Source: Auanema rhodensis (lineage: Eukaryota > Animalia > Nematoda). Taken from it: a DNA stretch of 64,000 nucleotides. The notes beneath the pieces were generated by a model, which worked only from the letters and a program-made list of their open reading frames with translations, did no database searches and had not been told where the DNA came from. This document shows, one piece after another, positions 11,401-25,999 of this stretch (the stretch's first letter is position 1; each line of letters opens with the position of its first letter). Both the position numbers and the translations under genes were made by a program. The DNA is taken from positions 744,001 to 808,000 of the forward strand of contig CAXKVF010000076.1 in the NCBI GenBank assembly GCA_964057225.1, given 5' to 3'.

Positions 11401-14400
11401 CGTGTGCATTTAATTAGCATAAATTAAAGTTCACGTAAATTTCAAAGTCATGGTTACCATGAACCAATATCAATAAAAATTTGTTTTTAGACTAATATGG
11501 ACATGGGGAATCTAATTTTGAAAACCGCATCTCTTTATCTTTTACGTGATGCGAGTTACATACCCAGTGCACATCACGTGTACATTTAATTAGCATAAAT
11601 TAAAGTTCACGTAAATTTCAAAGTCATGGTTACCATGAACCAATATCAATAAAAATTTGTTTTTAGACTAATATGGACATGGGGAATCTAATTTTGAGAA
11701 CCGCATTTTTTTATCTTTCACGTGAAGCGAGTTACATACCAAGTGCACATCACGTGTACATTTAATTAGCATAAATTAAAGTTCACGTAAATTTCAAAGT
11801 CATGGTTACCATGCACCAATATCAATAAAAATTTGTTTTTAGACTAATATGGACATGGGGAATCTAATTTTGAAAACCGCATCTCTTTATCTTTCACGTG
11901 AAGCGAGTTACATACCAAGTGCACATCACGTGTACATTTAATTAGCATAAATTAAAGTTCACGTAAATTTCAAAGTCATGGTTACCATGCACCAATATCA
12001 ATAAAAATTTGTTTTTAGACTAATATGGACATGGGGAATCTAATTTTGAAAACCGCATCTCTTTATCTTTCACGTGAAGCGAGTTACATACCAAGTGCAC
12101 ATCACGTGTACATTTAATTAGCATAAATTAAAGTTCACGTAAATTTCAAAGTCATGGTTACCATGAACCAATATCAATAAAAATTTGTTTTTAGACTAAT
12201 ATGGACATGGGGAATCTAATTTTGAAAACCGCATCTTTTTATCTTCCACGTGAAGCGAGTTACATACCAAGTGCACATCACGTGTACATTTAATTAGCAT
12301 AAATTAAAGTTCACGTAAATTTCAAAGTCATGGTTACCATGAACCAATATCAATAAAAATTTTTTTTAGACTAATATGGACATGGGGAATCTAATTTTGA
12401 AAACCGCATCTCTTTATCTTTCACGTGAAGCGAGTTACATACCAAGTGCACATCACGTGTACATTCAATTAGCATAAATTAAAGTTCACGTAAATTTCAA
12501 AGTCATGGTTACCATGAACCAATATCAATAAAAATTTGTTTTTAGACTAATATGGACATGGGGAATCTAATTTTGAAAACCGCATCTCTTTATCTTTCAC
12601 GTGAAGCGAGTTACATACCAAGTGCACATCACGTGTACATTTAATTAGCATAAATTAAAGTTCACGTAAATTTCAAAGTCATGGTTACCATAAACCAATA
12701 TCAATAAAAATTTGTTTTTAGACTAATATGGACATGGGGAATCTAATTTTGAAAACCGCATCTCTTTATCTTTCACGTGAAGCGAGTTACATACCAAGTG
12801 CACATCACGTGTACATTTAATTAGCATAAATTAAAGTTCACGTAAATTTCAAAGTCATGGTTACCATGAAGCAATATCAATAAAAATTTGTTTTTAGACT
12901 AATATGGACATGGGGAATCTAATTTTGAAAACCGCATCTCTTTATCTTTCACGTGAAGCGAGTTACATACCAAGTGCACATCACGTGTACATTTAATTAG
13001 CATAAATTAAAGTTCACGTAAATTTCAAAGTCATGGTTACCATGAACCAATATCAATAAAAATTTGTTTTTAGACTAATATGGACATGGGGAATCTAATT
13101 TTGAAAACCGCATCTCTTTATCTTTCACGTGAAGCGAGTTACATACCAAGTGCACATCACGTGTACATTTAATTAGCATAAATTAAAGTTCACGTAAATT
13201 TCAAAGTCATGGTTACCATGCACCAATATCAATAAAAATTTGTTTTTAGACTAATATGGACATGGGGAATCTAATTTTGAAAACCGCATCTCTTTATCTT
13301 TCACGTGAAGCGAGTTACATACCAAGTGCACATCACGTGTACATTTAATTAGCATAAATTAAAGTTCACGTAAATTTCAAAGTCATGGTTACCATGCACC
13401 AATATCAATAAAAATTTGTTTTTAGACTAATATGGACATGGGGAATCTAATTTTGAAAACCGCATCTCTTTATCTTTCACGTGAAGCGAGTTACATACCA
13501 AGTGCACATCACGTGTACATTTAATTAGCATAAATTAAAGTTCACGTAAATTTCAAAGTCATGGTTACCATGAACCAATATCAATAAAAATTTGTTTTTA
13601 GACTAATATGGACATGGGGAATCTAATTTTGAAAACCGCATCTCTTTATCTTTCACGTGAAGCGAGTTACATACCAAGTGCACATCACGTGTACATTTAA
13701 TTAGCATAAATTAAAGTTCACGTAAATTTCAAAGTCATGGTTACCATGAACCAATATCAATAAAAATTTGTTTTTAGACTAATATGGACATGGGGAATCT
13801 AATTTTGAAAACCGCATCTCTTTATCTTTCACGTGAAGCGAGTTACATACCAAGTGCACATCACGTGTACATTTAATTAGCATAAATTAAAGTTCACGTA
13901 AATTTCAAAGTCATGGTTACCATGAACCAATATCAATAAAAATTTGTTTTTAGACTAATATGGACATGGGGAATCTAATTTTGAAAACCGCATCTCTTTA
14001 TCTTCCACGTGAAGCGAGTTACATACCAAGTGCACATCACGTGTACATTTAATTAGCATAAATTAAAGTTCACGTAAATTTCAAAGTCATGGTTACCATG
14101 AAGCAATATCAATAAAAATTTGTTTTTAGACTAATATGGACATGGGGAATCTAATTTTGAAAACCGCATCTCTTTATCTTTCACGTGAAGCGAGTTACAT
14201 ACCAAGTGCACATCACGTGTACATTTAATTAGCATAAATTAAAGTTCACGTAAATTTCAAAGTCATGGTTACCATGAACCAATATCAATAAAAATTTGTT
14301 TTTAGACTAATATGGACATGGGGAATCTAATTTTGAAAACCGCATCTCTTTATCTTTCACGTGAAGCGAGTTACATACCAAGTGCACATCACGTGTACAT

Positions 14401-17400
14401 TTAATTAGCATAAATTAAAGTTCACGTAAATTTCAAAGTCATGGTTACCATGCACCAATATCAATAAAAATTTGTTTTTAGACTAATATGGACATGGGGA
14501 ATCTAATTTTGAAAACCGCATCTCTTTATCTTTCACGTGAAGCGAGTTACATACCAAGTGCACATCACGTGTACATTTAATTAGCATAAATTAAAGTTCA
14601 CGTAAATTTCAAAGTCATGGTTACCATGAACCAATATCAATAAAAATTTGTTTTTAGACTAATATGGACATGGGGAATCTAATTTTGAAAACCGCATCTC
14701 TTTATCTTTCACGTGAAGCGAGTTACATACCAAGTGCACATCACGTGTACATTTAATTAGCATAAATTAAAGTTCACGTAAATTTCAAAGTCATGGTTAC
14801 CATGAACCAATATCAATAAAAATTTGTTTTTAGACTAATATGGACATGGGGAATCTAATTTTGAAAACCGCATCTCTTTATCTTTCACGTGAAGCGAGTT
14901 ACATACCAAGTGCACATCACGTGTACATTTAATTAGCATAAATTAAAGTTCACGTAAATTTCAAAGTCATGGTTACCATGAACCAATATCAATAAAAATT
15001 TGTTTTTAGACTAATATGGACATGGGGAATCTAATTTTGAATACCGCATCTCTTTATCTTTCACGTGAAGCGAGTTACATACCAAGTGCACATCACGTGT
15101 ACATTTAATTAGCATAAATTAAAGTTCACGTAAATTTCAAAGTCATGGTTACCATGAACCAATATCAATAAAAATTTGTTTTTAGACTAATATGGACATG
15201 GGGAATCTAATTTTGAAAACCGCATCTCTTTATCTTTCACGTGAAGCGAGTTACATACCAAGTGCACATCACGTGTACATTTAATTAGCATAAATTAAAG
15301 TTCACGTAAATTTCAAAGTCATGGTTACCATGAACCAATATCAATAAAAATTTGTTTTTAGACTAATATGGACATGGGAATCTAATTTTGAAAACCGCAT
15401 CTCTTTATCTTTCACGTGAAGCGAGTTACATACCAAGTGCACATCACGTGTACATTTAATTAGCATAAATTAAAGTTCACGTAAATTTCAAAGTCATGGT
15501 TACCATGAACCAATATCAATAAAAATTTGTTTTTAGACTAATATGGACATGGGGAATCTAATTTTGAAAACCGCATCTCTTTATCTTTCACGTGAAGCGA
15601 GTTACATACCAAGTGCACATCACGTGTACATTTAATTAGCATAAATTAAAGTTCACGTAAATTTCAAAGTCATGGTTACCATGAACCAATATCAATAAAA
15701 ATTTGTTTTTAGACTAATATGGACATGGGGAATCTAATTTTGAAAACCGCATCTCTTTATCTTTCACGTGAAGCGAGTTACATACCAAGTGCACATCACG
15801 TGTACATTTAATTAGCATAAATTAAAGTTCACGTAAATTTCAAAGTCATGGTTACCATGAACCAATATCAATAAAAATTTGTTTTTAGACTAATATGGAC
15901 ATGGGGAATCTAATTTTGAAAACCGCATCTCTTTATCTTTCACGTGAAGCGAGTTACATACCAAGTGCACATCACGTGTACATTTAATTAGCATAAATTA
16001 AAGTTCACGTAAATTTCAAAGTCATGGTTACCATGAACCAATATCAATAAAAATTTGTTTTTAGACTAATATGGACATGGGGAATCTAATTTTGAAAAGC
16101 GCATCTCTTTATCTTTCACGTGAAGCGAGTTACATACCAAGTGCACATCACGTGTACATTTAATTAGCATAAATTAAAGTTCACGTAAATTTCAAAGTCA
16201 TGGTTACCATGCACCAATATCAATAAAAATTTGTTTTTAGACTAATATGGACATGGGGAATCTAATTTTGAAAACCGCATCTCTTTATCTTTCACGTGAA
16301 GCGAGTTACATACCAAGTGCACATCACGTGTACATTTAATTAGCATAAATTAAAGTTCACGTAAATTTCAAAGTCATGGTTACCATGAACCAATATCAAT
16401 AAAAATTTGTTTTTAGACTAATATGGACATGGGGAATCTAATTTTGAAAACCGCATCTCTTTATCTTTCACGTGAAGCGAGTTACATACCAAGTGCACAT
16501 CACGTGTACATTTAATTAGCATAAATTAAAGTTCACGTAAATTTCAAAGTCATGGTTACCATGAACCAATATCAATAAAAATTTGTTTTTAGACTAATAT
16601 GGACATGGGGAATCTAATTTTGAAAACCGCATCTCTTTATCTTTCACGTGAAGCGAGTTACATACCAAGTGCACATCACGTGTACATTTAATTAGCATAA
16701 ATTAAAGTTCACGTAAATTTCAAAGTCATGGTTACCATGAACCAATATCAATAAAAATTTGTTTTTAGACTAATATGGACATGGGGAATCTAATTTTGAA
16801 AACCGCATCTCTTTATCTTTCACGTGAAGCGAGTTACATACCAAGTGCACATCACGTGTACATTTAATTAGCATAAATTAAAGTTCACGTAAATTTCAAA
16901 GTCATGGTTACCATGAAGCAATATCAATAAAAATTTGTTTTTAGACTAATATGGACATGGGGAATCTAATTTTTAAAACCGCATCTCTTTATCTTTCACG
17001 TGAAGCGAGTTACATACCAAGTGCACATCACGTGTACATTTAATTAGCATAAATTAAAGTTCACGTAAATTTCAAAGTCATGGTTACCATGAAGCAATAT
17101 CAATAAAAATTTGTTTTTAGACTAATATGGACATGGGGAATCTAATTTTGAAAACCGCATCTCTTTATCTTTCACGTGAAGCGAGTTACATACCAAGTGC
17201 ACATCACGTGTACATTTAATTAGCATAAATTAAAGTTCACGTAAATTTCAAAGTCATGGTTACCATGAACCAATATCAATAAAAATTTGTTTTTAGACTA
17301 ATATGGACATGGGGAATCTAATTTTGAAAACCGCATCTCTTTATCTTTCACGTGAAGCGAGTTACATACCAAGTGCTAATCACGTGTACATTTAATTAGC

Positions 17401-20400
17401 ATAAATTAAAGTTCACGTAAATTTCAAAGTCATGGTTACCATGCACCAATATCAATAAAAATTTGTTTTTAGACTAATATGGACATGGGGAATCTAATTT
17501 TGAAAACCGCATCTCTTTATCTTTCACGTGAAGCGAGTTACATACCAAGTGCACATCACGTGTACATTTAATTAGCATAAATTAAAGTTCACGTAAATTT
17601 CAAAGTCATGGTTACCATGAACCAATATCAATAAAAATTTGTTTTTAGACTAATATGGACATGGGGAATCTAATTTTGAAAACCGCATCTCTTTATCTTT
17701 CACGTGAAGCGAGTTACATACCAAGTGCACATCACGTGTACATTTAATTAGCATAAATTAAAGTTCACGTAAATTTCAAAGTCATGGTTACCATGAACCA
17801 ATATCAATAAAAATTTGTTTTTAGACTAATATGGACATGGGGAATCTAATTTTGAAAACCGCATCTCTTTATCTTTCACGTGAAGCGAGTTACATACCAA
17901 GTGCACATCACGTGTACATTTAATTAGCATAAATTAAAGTTCACGTAAATTTCAAAGTCATGGTTACCATGAACCAATATCAATAAAAATTTGTTTTTAG
18001 ACTAATATGGACATGGGGAATCTAATTTTGAAAACCGCATCTCTTTATCTTTCACGTGAAGCGAGTTACATACCAAGTGCACATCACGTGTACATTTAAT
18101 TAGCATAAATTAAAGTTCACGTAAATTTCAAAGTCATGGTTACCATGCACCAATATCAATAAAAATTTGTTTTTAGACTAATATGGACATGGGGAATCTA
18201 ATTTTGAAAACCGCATCTCTTTATCTTTCACGTGAAGCGAGTTACATACCAAGTGCACATCACGTGTACATTTAATTAGCATAAATTAAAGTTCACGTAA
18301 ATTTCAAAGTCATGGTTACCATGAACCAATATCAATAAAAATTTGTTTTTAGACTAATATGGACATGGGGAATCTAATTTTGAAAACCGCATCTCTTTAT
18401 CTTTCACGTGAAGCGAGTTACATACCAAGTGCACATCACGTGTACATTTAATTAGCATAAATTAAAGTTCACGTAAATTTCAAAGTCATGGTTACCATGA
18501 ACCAATATCAATAAAAATTTGTTTTTAGACTAATATGGACATGGGGAATCTAATTTTGAAAAACCGCATCTCTTTATCTTTCACGTGAAGCGAGTTACAT
18601 ACCAAGTGCACATCACGTGTACATTTAATTAGCATAAATTAAAGATCACGTAAACTTCAAAGTCATGGTTACCATGAAGCAATATCAATAAAAATTTGTT
18701 TTTAGACTAATATGGACATGGGGAATCTAATTTTGAAAACCGCATCTCTTTATCTTTCACGTGAAGCGAGTTACATACCAAGTGCACATCACGTGTACAT
18801 TTAATTAGCATAAATTAAAGTTCACGTAAATTTCAAAGTCATGGTTACCATGAAGCAATATCAATAAAATTTGTTTTTAGTCTAATATGGACATGGGGAA
18901 TCTAATTTGAAAACCGCATCTCTTTATCTTTCACGTGAAGCGAGTTACATACCAAGTGCACATCACGTGTACATTTAATTAGCATAAATTAAAGTTCACG
19001 TAAATTTCAAAGTCATGGTTACCATGAACCAATATCAATAAAAATTTGTTTTTAGACTAATATGGACATGGGGAATCTAATTTTGAAAACCGCATCTCTT
19101 TATCTTTCACGTGAAGCGAGTTACATACCAAGTGCACATCACGTGTACATTTAATTAGCATAAATTAAAGTTCACGTAAATTTCAAAGTCATGGTTACCA
19201 TGAACCAATATCAATAAAAATTTGTTTTTAGACTAATATGGACATGGGGAATCTAATTTTGAAAACCGCATCTCTTTATCTTTCACGTGAAGCGAGTTAC
19301 ATACCAAGTGCACATCACGTGTACATTTAATTAGCATAAATTAAAGTTCACGTAAACTTCAAAGTCATGGTTACCATGAAGCAATATCAATAAAAATTTG
19401 TTTTTAGACTAATATGGACATGGGGAATCTAATTTTGAAAACCGCATCTCTTTATCTTTCACGTGAAGCGAGTTACATACCAAGTGCACATCACGTGTAC
19501 ATTTAATTAGCATAAATTAAAGTTCACGTAAATTTCAAAGTCATGGTTACCATGAAGCAATATCAATAAAATTTGTTTTTAGACTAATATGGACATGGGA
19601 ATCTAATTTTGAAAACCGCATCTCTTTATCTTTCACGTGAAGCGAGTTACATACCAAGTGCACATCACGTGTACATTTAATTAGCATAAATTAAAGTTCA
19701 CGTAAATTTCAAAGTCATGGTTACCATGCACCAATATCAATAAAAATTTGTTTTTAGACTAATATGGACATGGGGAATCTAATTTTGAAAACCGCATCTC
19801 TTTATCTTTCACGTGAAGCGAGTTACATACCAAGTGCACATCACGTGTACATTTAATTAGCATAAATTAAAGTTCACGTAAATTTCAAAGTCATGGTACC
19901 ATGAACCAATATCAATAAAAATTTGTTTTTAGACTAATATGGACATGGGGAATCTAATTTGAAAACCGCATCTCTTTATCTTCACGTGAAGCGAGTTACA
20001 TACCAAGTGCACATCACGTGTACATTTAATTAGCATAAATTAAAGTTCACGTAAACTTTCAAAGTCATGGTTACCATGAAGCAATATCAATAAAAATTTG
20101 TTTTTAGACTAATATGGACATGGGGAATCTAATTTGAAAACCGCATCTCTTTATCTTTCACGTGAAGCGAGTTACATACCAAGTGCACATCACGTGTACA
20201 TTTAATTAGCATAAATTAAAGTTCACGTAAATTTCAAAGTCATGGTTACCATGAAGCAATATCAATAAAAATTTGTTTTTAGACTAATATGGACATGGGG
20301 AATCTAATTTGAAAACCGCATCTCTTTATCTTTCACGTGAAGCGAGTTACATACCAAGTGCACAATCACGTGTACATTTAATTAGCATAAATTAAAGTTC

Positions 20401-23400
20401 ACGTAAATTTCAAAGTCATGGTTACCATGCACCAATATCAATAAAAATTTGTTTTTAGACTAATATGGACATGGGGAATCTAATTTTGAAAACCGCATCT
20501 CTTTATCTTTCACGTGAAGCGAGGTACATACCAAGTGCACATCACGTGTACATTTAATTAGCATAAATTAAAGTTCACGTAAATTTCAAAGTCATGGTTA
20601 CCATGAACCAATATCAATAAAAATTTGTTTTTAGACTAATATGGACATGGGGAATCTAATTTTAAAACCGCATCTCTTTATCTTTCACGTGAAGCGAGTT
20701 ACATACCAAGTGCACATCACGTGTACATTTAATTAGCATAAATTAAAGTTCACGTAAATTTCAAAGTCATGGTTACCATGAACCAATATCAATAAAAATT
20801 TGTTTTTAGACTAATATGGACATGGGGAATCTAATTTTGAAAACCGCATCTCTTTATCTTTCACGTGAAGCGAGTTACATACCAAGTGCACATCCACGTG
20901 TACATTTAATTAGCATAAATTAAAGTTCACGTAAATTTCAAAGTCATGGTTACCATGAACCAATATCAATAAAAATTTGTTTTTAGACTAATATGGACAT
21001 TGGGAATCTAATTTTGAAAACCGCATCTCTTTATCTTTCACGTGAAGCGAGTTACATACCAAGTGCACATCACGTGTACATTTAATTAGCATAAATTAAA
21101 GTTCACGTAAATTTCAAAGTCATGGTTACCATGAACCAATATCGATAAAAATTTGTTTTTAGACTAATATGGACATGGGGAATCTAATTTTGAAAACCGC
21201 ATCTCTTTATCTTTCACGTGAAGCGAGTTACATACCAAGTGCACATCACGTGTACATTTAATTAGCATAAATTAAAGTTCACGTAAATTTCAAAGTCATG
21301 GTTACCATGAACCAATATCAATAAAAATTTGTTTTTAGACTAATATGGACATGGGGAATCAAATTTGAAAACCGCATCTCTTTATCTTTCACGTGAAGCG
21401 AGTTACATACCAAGTGCACATCACGTGTACATTTAATTAGCATAAATTAAAGTTCACGTAAATTTCAAAGTCATGGTTACCATGAACCAATATCAATAAA
21501 AATTTGTTTTTAGACTAATATGGACATGGGGAATCTAATTTTGAAAACCGCATCTCTTTATCTTTCACGTGAAGCGAGTTACATACCAAGTGCACATCAC
21601 GTGTACATTTAATTAGCATAAATTAAAGTTCACGTAAATTTCAAAGTCATGGTTACCATGAAGCAATATCAATAAAAATTTGTTTTAGACTAATATGGAC
21701 ATGGGGAATCTAATTTTGAAAACCGCATCTCTTTATCTTTCACGTGAAGCGAGTTACATACCAAGTGCACATCACGTGTACATTTAATTAGCATAAATTA
21801 AAGTTCACGTAAATTTCAAAGTCATGGTTACCATGAACCAATATCAATAAAAATTTGTTTTTAGACTAATATGGACATGGGGAATCTAATTTTGAAAACC
21901 GCATCTCTTTATCTTTCACGTGAAGCGAGTTACATACAAGTGCACATCACGTGTACATTTAATTAGCATAAATTAAAGTTCACGTAAAATTCAAAGTCAT
22001 GGTTACCATGCACCAATATCATAAAAATTTGTTTTTAGACTAATATGGACATGGGGAATCTAATTTTGAAAACCGCATCTCTTTATCTTTCACGTGAAGC
22101 GAGTTACATACCAAGTGCACATCACGTGTACATTTAATTAGCATAAATTAAAGTTCACGTAAATTTCAAAGTCATGGTTACCATGAACCAATATCAATAA
22201 AAATTTGTTTTTAGACTAATATGGACATGGGGAATCTAATTTTGAAAACCGCATCTCTTTATCTTTCACGTGAAGCGAGTTACATACCAAGTGCACATCA
22301 CGTGTACATTTAATTAGCATAAATTAAAGTTCACGTAAATTTCAAAGTCATGGTTACCATGAAGCAATATCAATAAAAATTTGTTTTTAGACTAATATGG
22401 ACATGGGGAATCTAATTTTGAAAACCGCATCTCTTTATCTTTCACGTGAAGCGAGTTACATACCAAGTGCACATCACGTGTACATTTAATTAGCATAAAT
22501 TAAAAGTTCACGTAAATTTCAAAGTCATGGTTACCATGAAACCAATATCAATAAAAATTTGGTTTTAGGACTAATATGGACATGGGGAATCTAATTTTGA
22601 AAACCGCATCACTTTATCTTTCACGTGAAGCGAGTTACATACCAAGTGCACATCACGTGTACATTTAATTAGCATAAATTAAAGTTCACGTAAATTTCAA
22701 AGTCATGGTTACCATGCACCAATATCAATAAAAATTTGTTTTCAGACTAATATGGACATGGGGAATCTAATTTTGAAAACCGCATCTCTTTATCTTTCAC
22801 GTGAAGCCGAGTTACATACCAAGTGCACATCACGTGTACATTTAATTAGCATAAATTAAAAGTTCACGTAAATTTCAAAGTCATGGTTACCATGCACCAA
22901 TATCAATAAAAATTTGTTTTTAGACTAATATGGACATGGGGAATCTAATTTTGAAAACCGCATCTCTTTATCTTTCACGTGAAGCGAGTTACATACCAAG
23001 TGCACATCACGTGTACATTTAATTAGCATAAATTAAAGTTCACGTAAATTTCAAAGTCATGGTTACCATGAAGCAATATCAATAAAAATTTGTTTTTAGA
23101 CTAATATGGACATGGGGAATCTAATTTTGAAAACCGCATCTCTTTATCTTTCACGTGAAGCGAGTTACATACCAAGTGCACATCACGTGTACATTTAATT
23201 AGCAAAAATTAAAGTTCACGTAAATTTCAAAGTCATGGTTACCATGAAGCAATATCAATAAAATATGTTTTTAAGACTAATATGGACATGGGGAATCTAA
23301 TTTTGAAAACCGCATCTCTTTATCTTTCACGTGAAGCGAGTTACATACCCATACCAAGTGCACATCACGTGTACATTTAATTAGCATAAATTAAAGTTCA

Positions 23401-25999
23401 CGTAAATTTCAAAGTCATGGTTACCATGCACCAATATCAATAAAAATTTGTTTTTAGACTAATATGGACATGGGGAATCTAATTTTGAAAACCGCATCTC
23501 TTTATCTTTCACGTGAAGCGAGTTACATACCAAGTGCACATCACGTGTACATTTAATTAGCATAAATTAAAGTTCACGTAAATTTCAAAGTCATGGTTAC
23601 CATGAACCAATATCAATAAAAATTTGTTTTTAGACTAATATGGACATGGGGAATCTAATTTTGAAAACCGCATCTCTTTATCTTTCACGTGAAGCGAGTT
23701 ACATACCAAGTGCACATCACGTGTACATTTAATTAGCATAAATTAAAGTTCACGTAAACTTCAAAGTCATGGTTACCATGAAGCAATATCAATAAAAATT
23801 TGTTTTTAGACTAATATGGACATGGGGAATCTAATTTTGAAAACCGCATCTCTTTATCTTTCACGTGAAGCGAGTTACATACCAAGTGCACATCACGTGT
23901 ACATTTAATTAGCATAAATTAAAGTTCACGTAAATTTCAAAGTCATGGTTACCATGAAGCAATATCAATAAAAATTTGTTTTTAGACTAATATGGACATG
24001 GGGAATCTAATTTTGAAAACCGCATCTCTTTATCTTTCACGTGAAGCGAGTTACATACCAAGTGCACATCACGTGTACATTTAATTAGCATAAATTAAAG
24101 TTCACGTAAATTTCAAAGTCATGGTTACCATGCACCAATATCAATAAAAATTTGTTTTTAGACTAATATGGACATGGGGAATCTAATTTTGAAAACCGCA
24201 TCTCTTTATCTTTCACGTGAAGCGAGTTACATACCAAGTGCACATCACGTGTACATTTAATTAGCATAAATTAAAGTTCACGTAAATTTCAAAGTCATGG
24301 TTACCATGAACCAATATCAATAAAAATTTGTTTTTAGACTAATATGGACATGGGGAATCTAATTTTAAAAACCGCATCTCTTTATCTTTCACGTGAAGCG
24401 AGTTACATACCAAGTGCACATCACGTGTACATTTAATTAGCATAAATTAAAGTTCACGTAAATTTCAAAGTCATGGTTACCATGAACCAATATCAATAAA
24501 AATTTGTTTTTAGACTAATATGGACATGGGGAATCTAATTTTGAAAACCGCATCTCTTTATCTTTCACGTGAAGCGAGTTACATACCAAGTGCACATCAC
24601 GTGTACATTTAATTAGCATAAATTAAAGTTCACGTAAATTTCAAAGTCATGGTTACCATGAACCAATATCAATAAAAATTTGTTTTTAGACTAATATGGA
24701 CATGGGGAATCTAATTTTGAAAACCGCATCTCTTTATCTTTCACGTGAAGCGAGTTACATACCAAGTGCACATCACGTGTACATTTAATTAGCATAAATT
24801 AAAGTTCACGTAAATTTCAAAGTCATGGTTACCATGAACCAATATCGATAAAAATTTGTTTTTAGACTAATATGGACATGGGGAATCTAATTTTGAAAAC
24901 CGCATCTCTTTATCTTTCACGTGAAGCGAGTTACATACCAAGTGCACATCACGTGTACATTTAATTAGCATAAATTAAAGTTCACGTAAATTTCAAAGTC
25001 ATGGTTACCATGAACCAATATCAATAAAAATTTGTTTTTAGACTAATATGGACATGGGGAATCAAATTTTGAAAACCGCATCTCTTTATCTTTCACGTGA
25101 AGCGAGTTACATACCAAGTGCACATCACGTGTACATTTAATTAGCATAAATTAAAGTTCACGTAAATTTCAAAGTCATGGTTACCATGAACCAATATCAA
25201 TAAAAATTTGTTTTTAGACTAATATGGACATGGGGAATCTAATTTTGAAAACCGCATCTCTTTATCTTTCACGTGAAGCGAGTTACATACCAAGTGCACA
25301 TCACGTGTACATTTAATTAGCATAAATTAAAGTTCACGTAAATTTCAAAGTCATGGTTACCATGAAGCAATATCAATAAAAATTTGTTTTTAGACTAATA
25401 TGGACATGGGGAATCTAATTTTGAAAACCGCATCTCTTTATCTTTCACGTGAAGCGAGTTACATACCAAGTGCACATCACGTGTACATTTAATTAGCATA
25501 AATTAAAGTTCACGTAAATTTCAAAGTCATGGTTACCATGAACCAATATCAATAAAAATTTGTTTTTAGACTAATATGGACATGGGGAATCTAATTTTGA
25601 AAACCGCATCTCTTTATCTTTCACGTGAAGCGAGTTACATACCAAGTGCACATCACGTGTACATTTAATTAGCATAAATTAAAGTTCACGTAAAATTCAA
25701 AGTCATGGTTACCATGCACCAATATCAATAAAAATTTGTTTTTAGACTAATATGGACATGGGGAATCTAATTTTGAAAACCGCATCTCTTTATCTTTCAC
25801 GTGAAGCGAGTTACATACCAAGTGCACATCACGTGTACATTTAATTAGCATAAATTAAAGTTCACGTAAATTTCAAAGTCATGGTTACCATGAACCAATA
25901 TCAATAAAAATTTGTTTTTAGACTAATATGGACATGGGGAATCTAATTTTGAAAACCGCATCTCTTTATCTTTCACGTGAAGCGAGTTACATACCAAGT

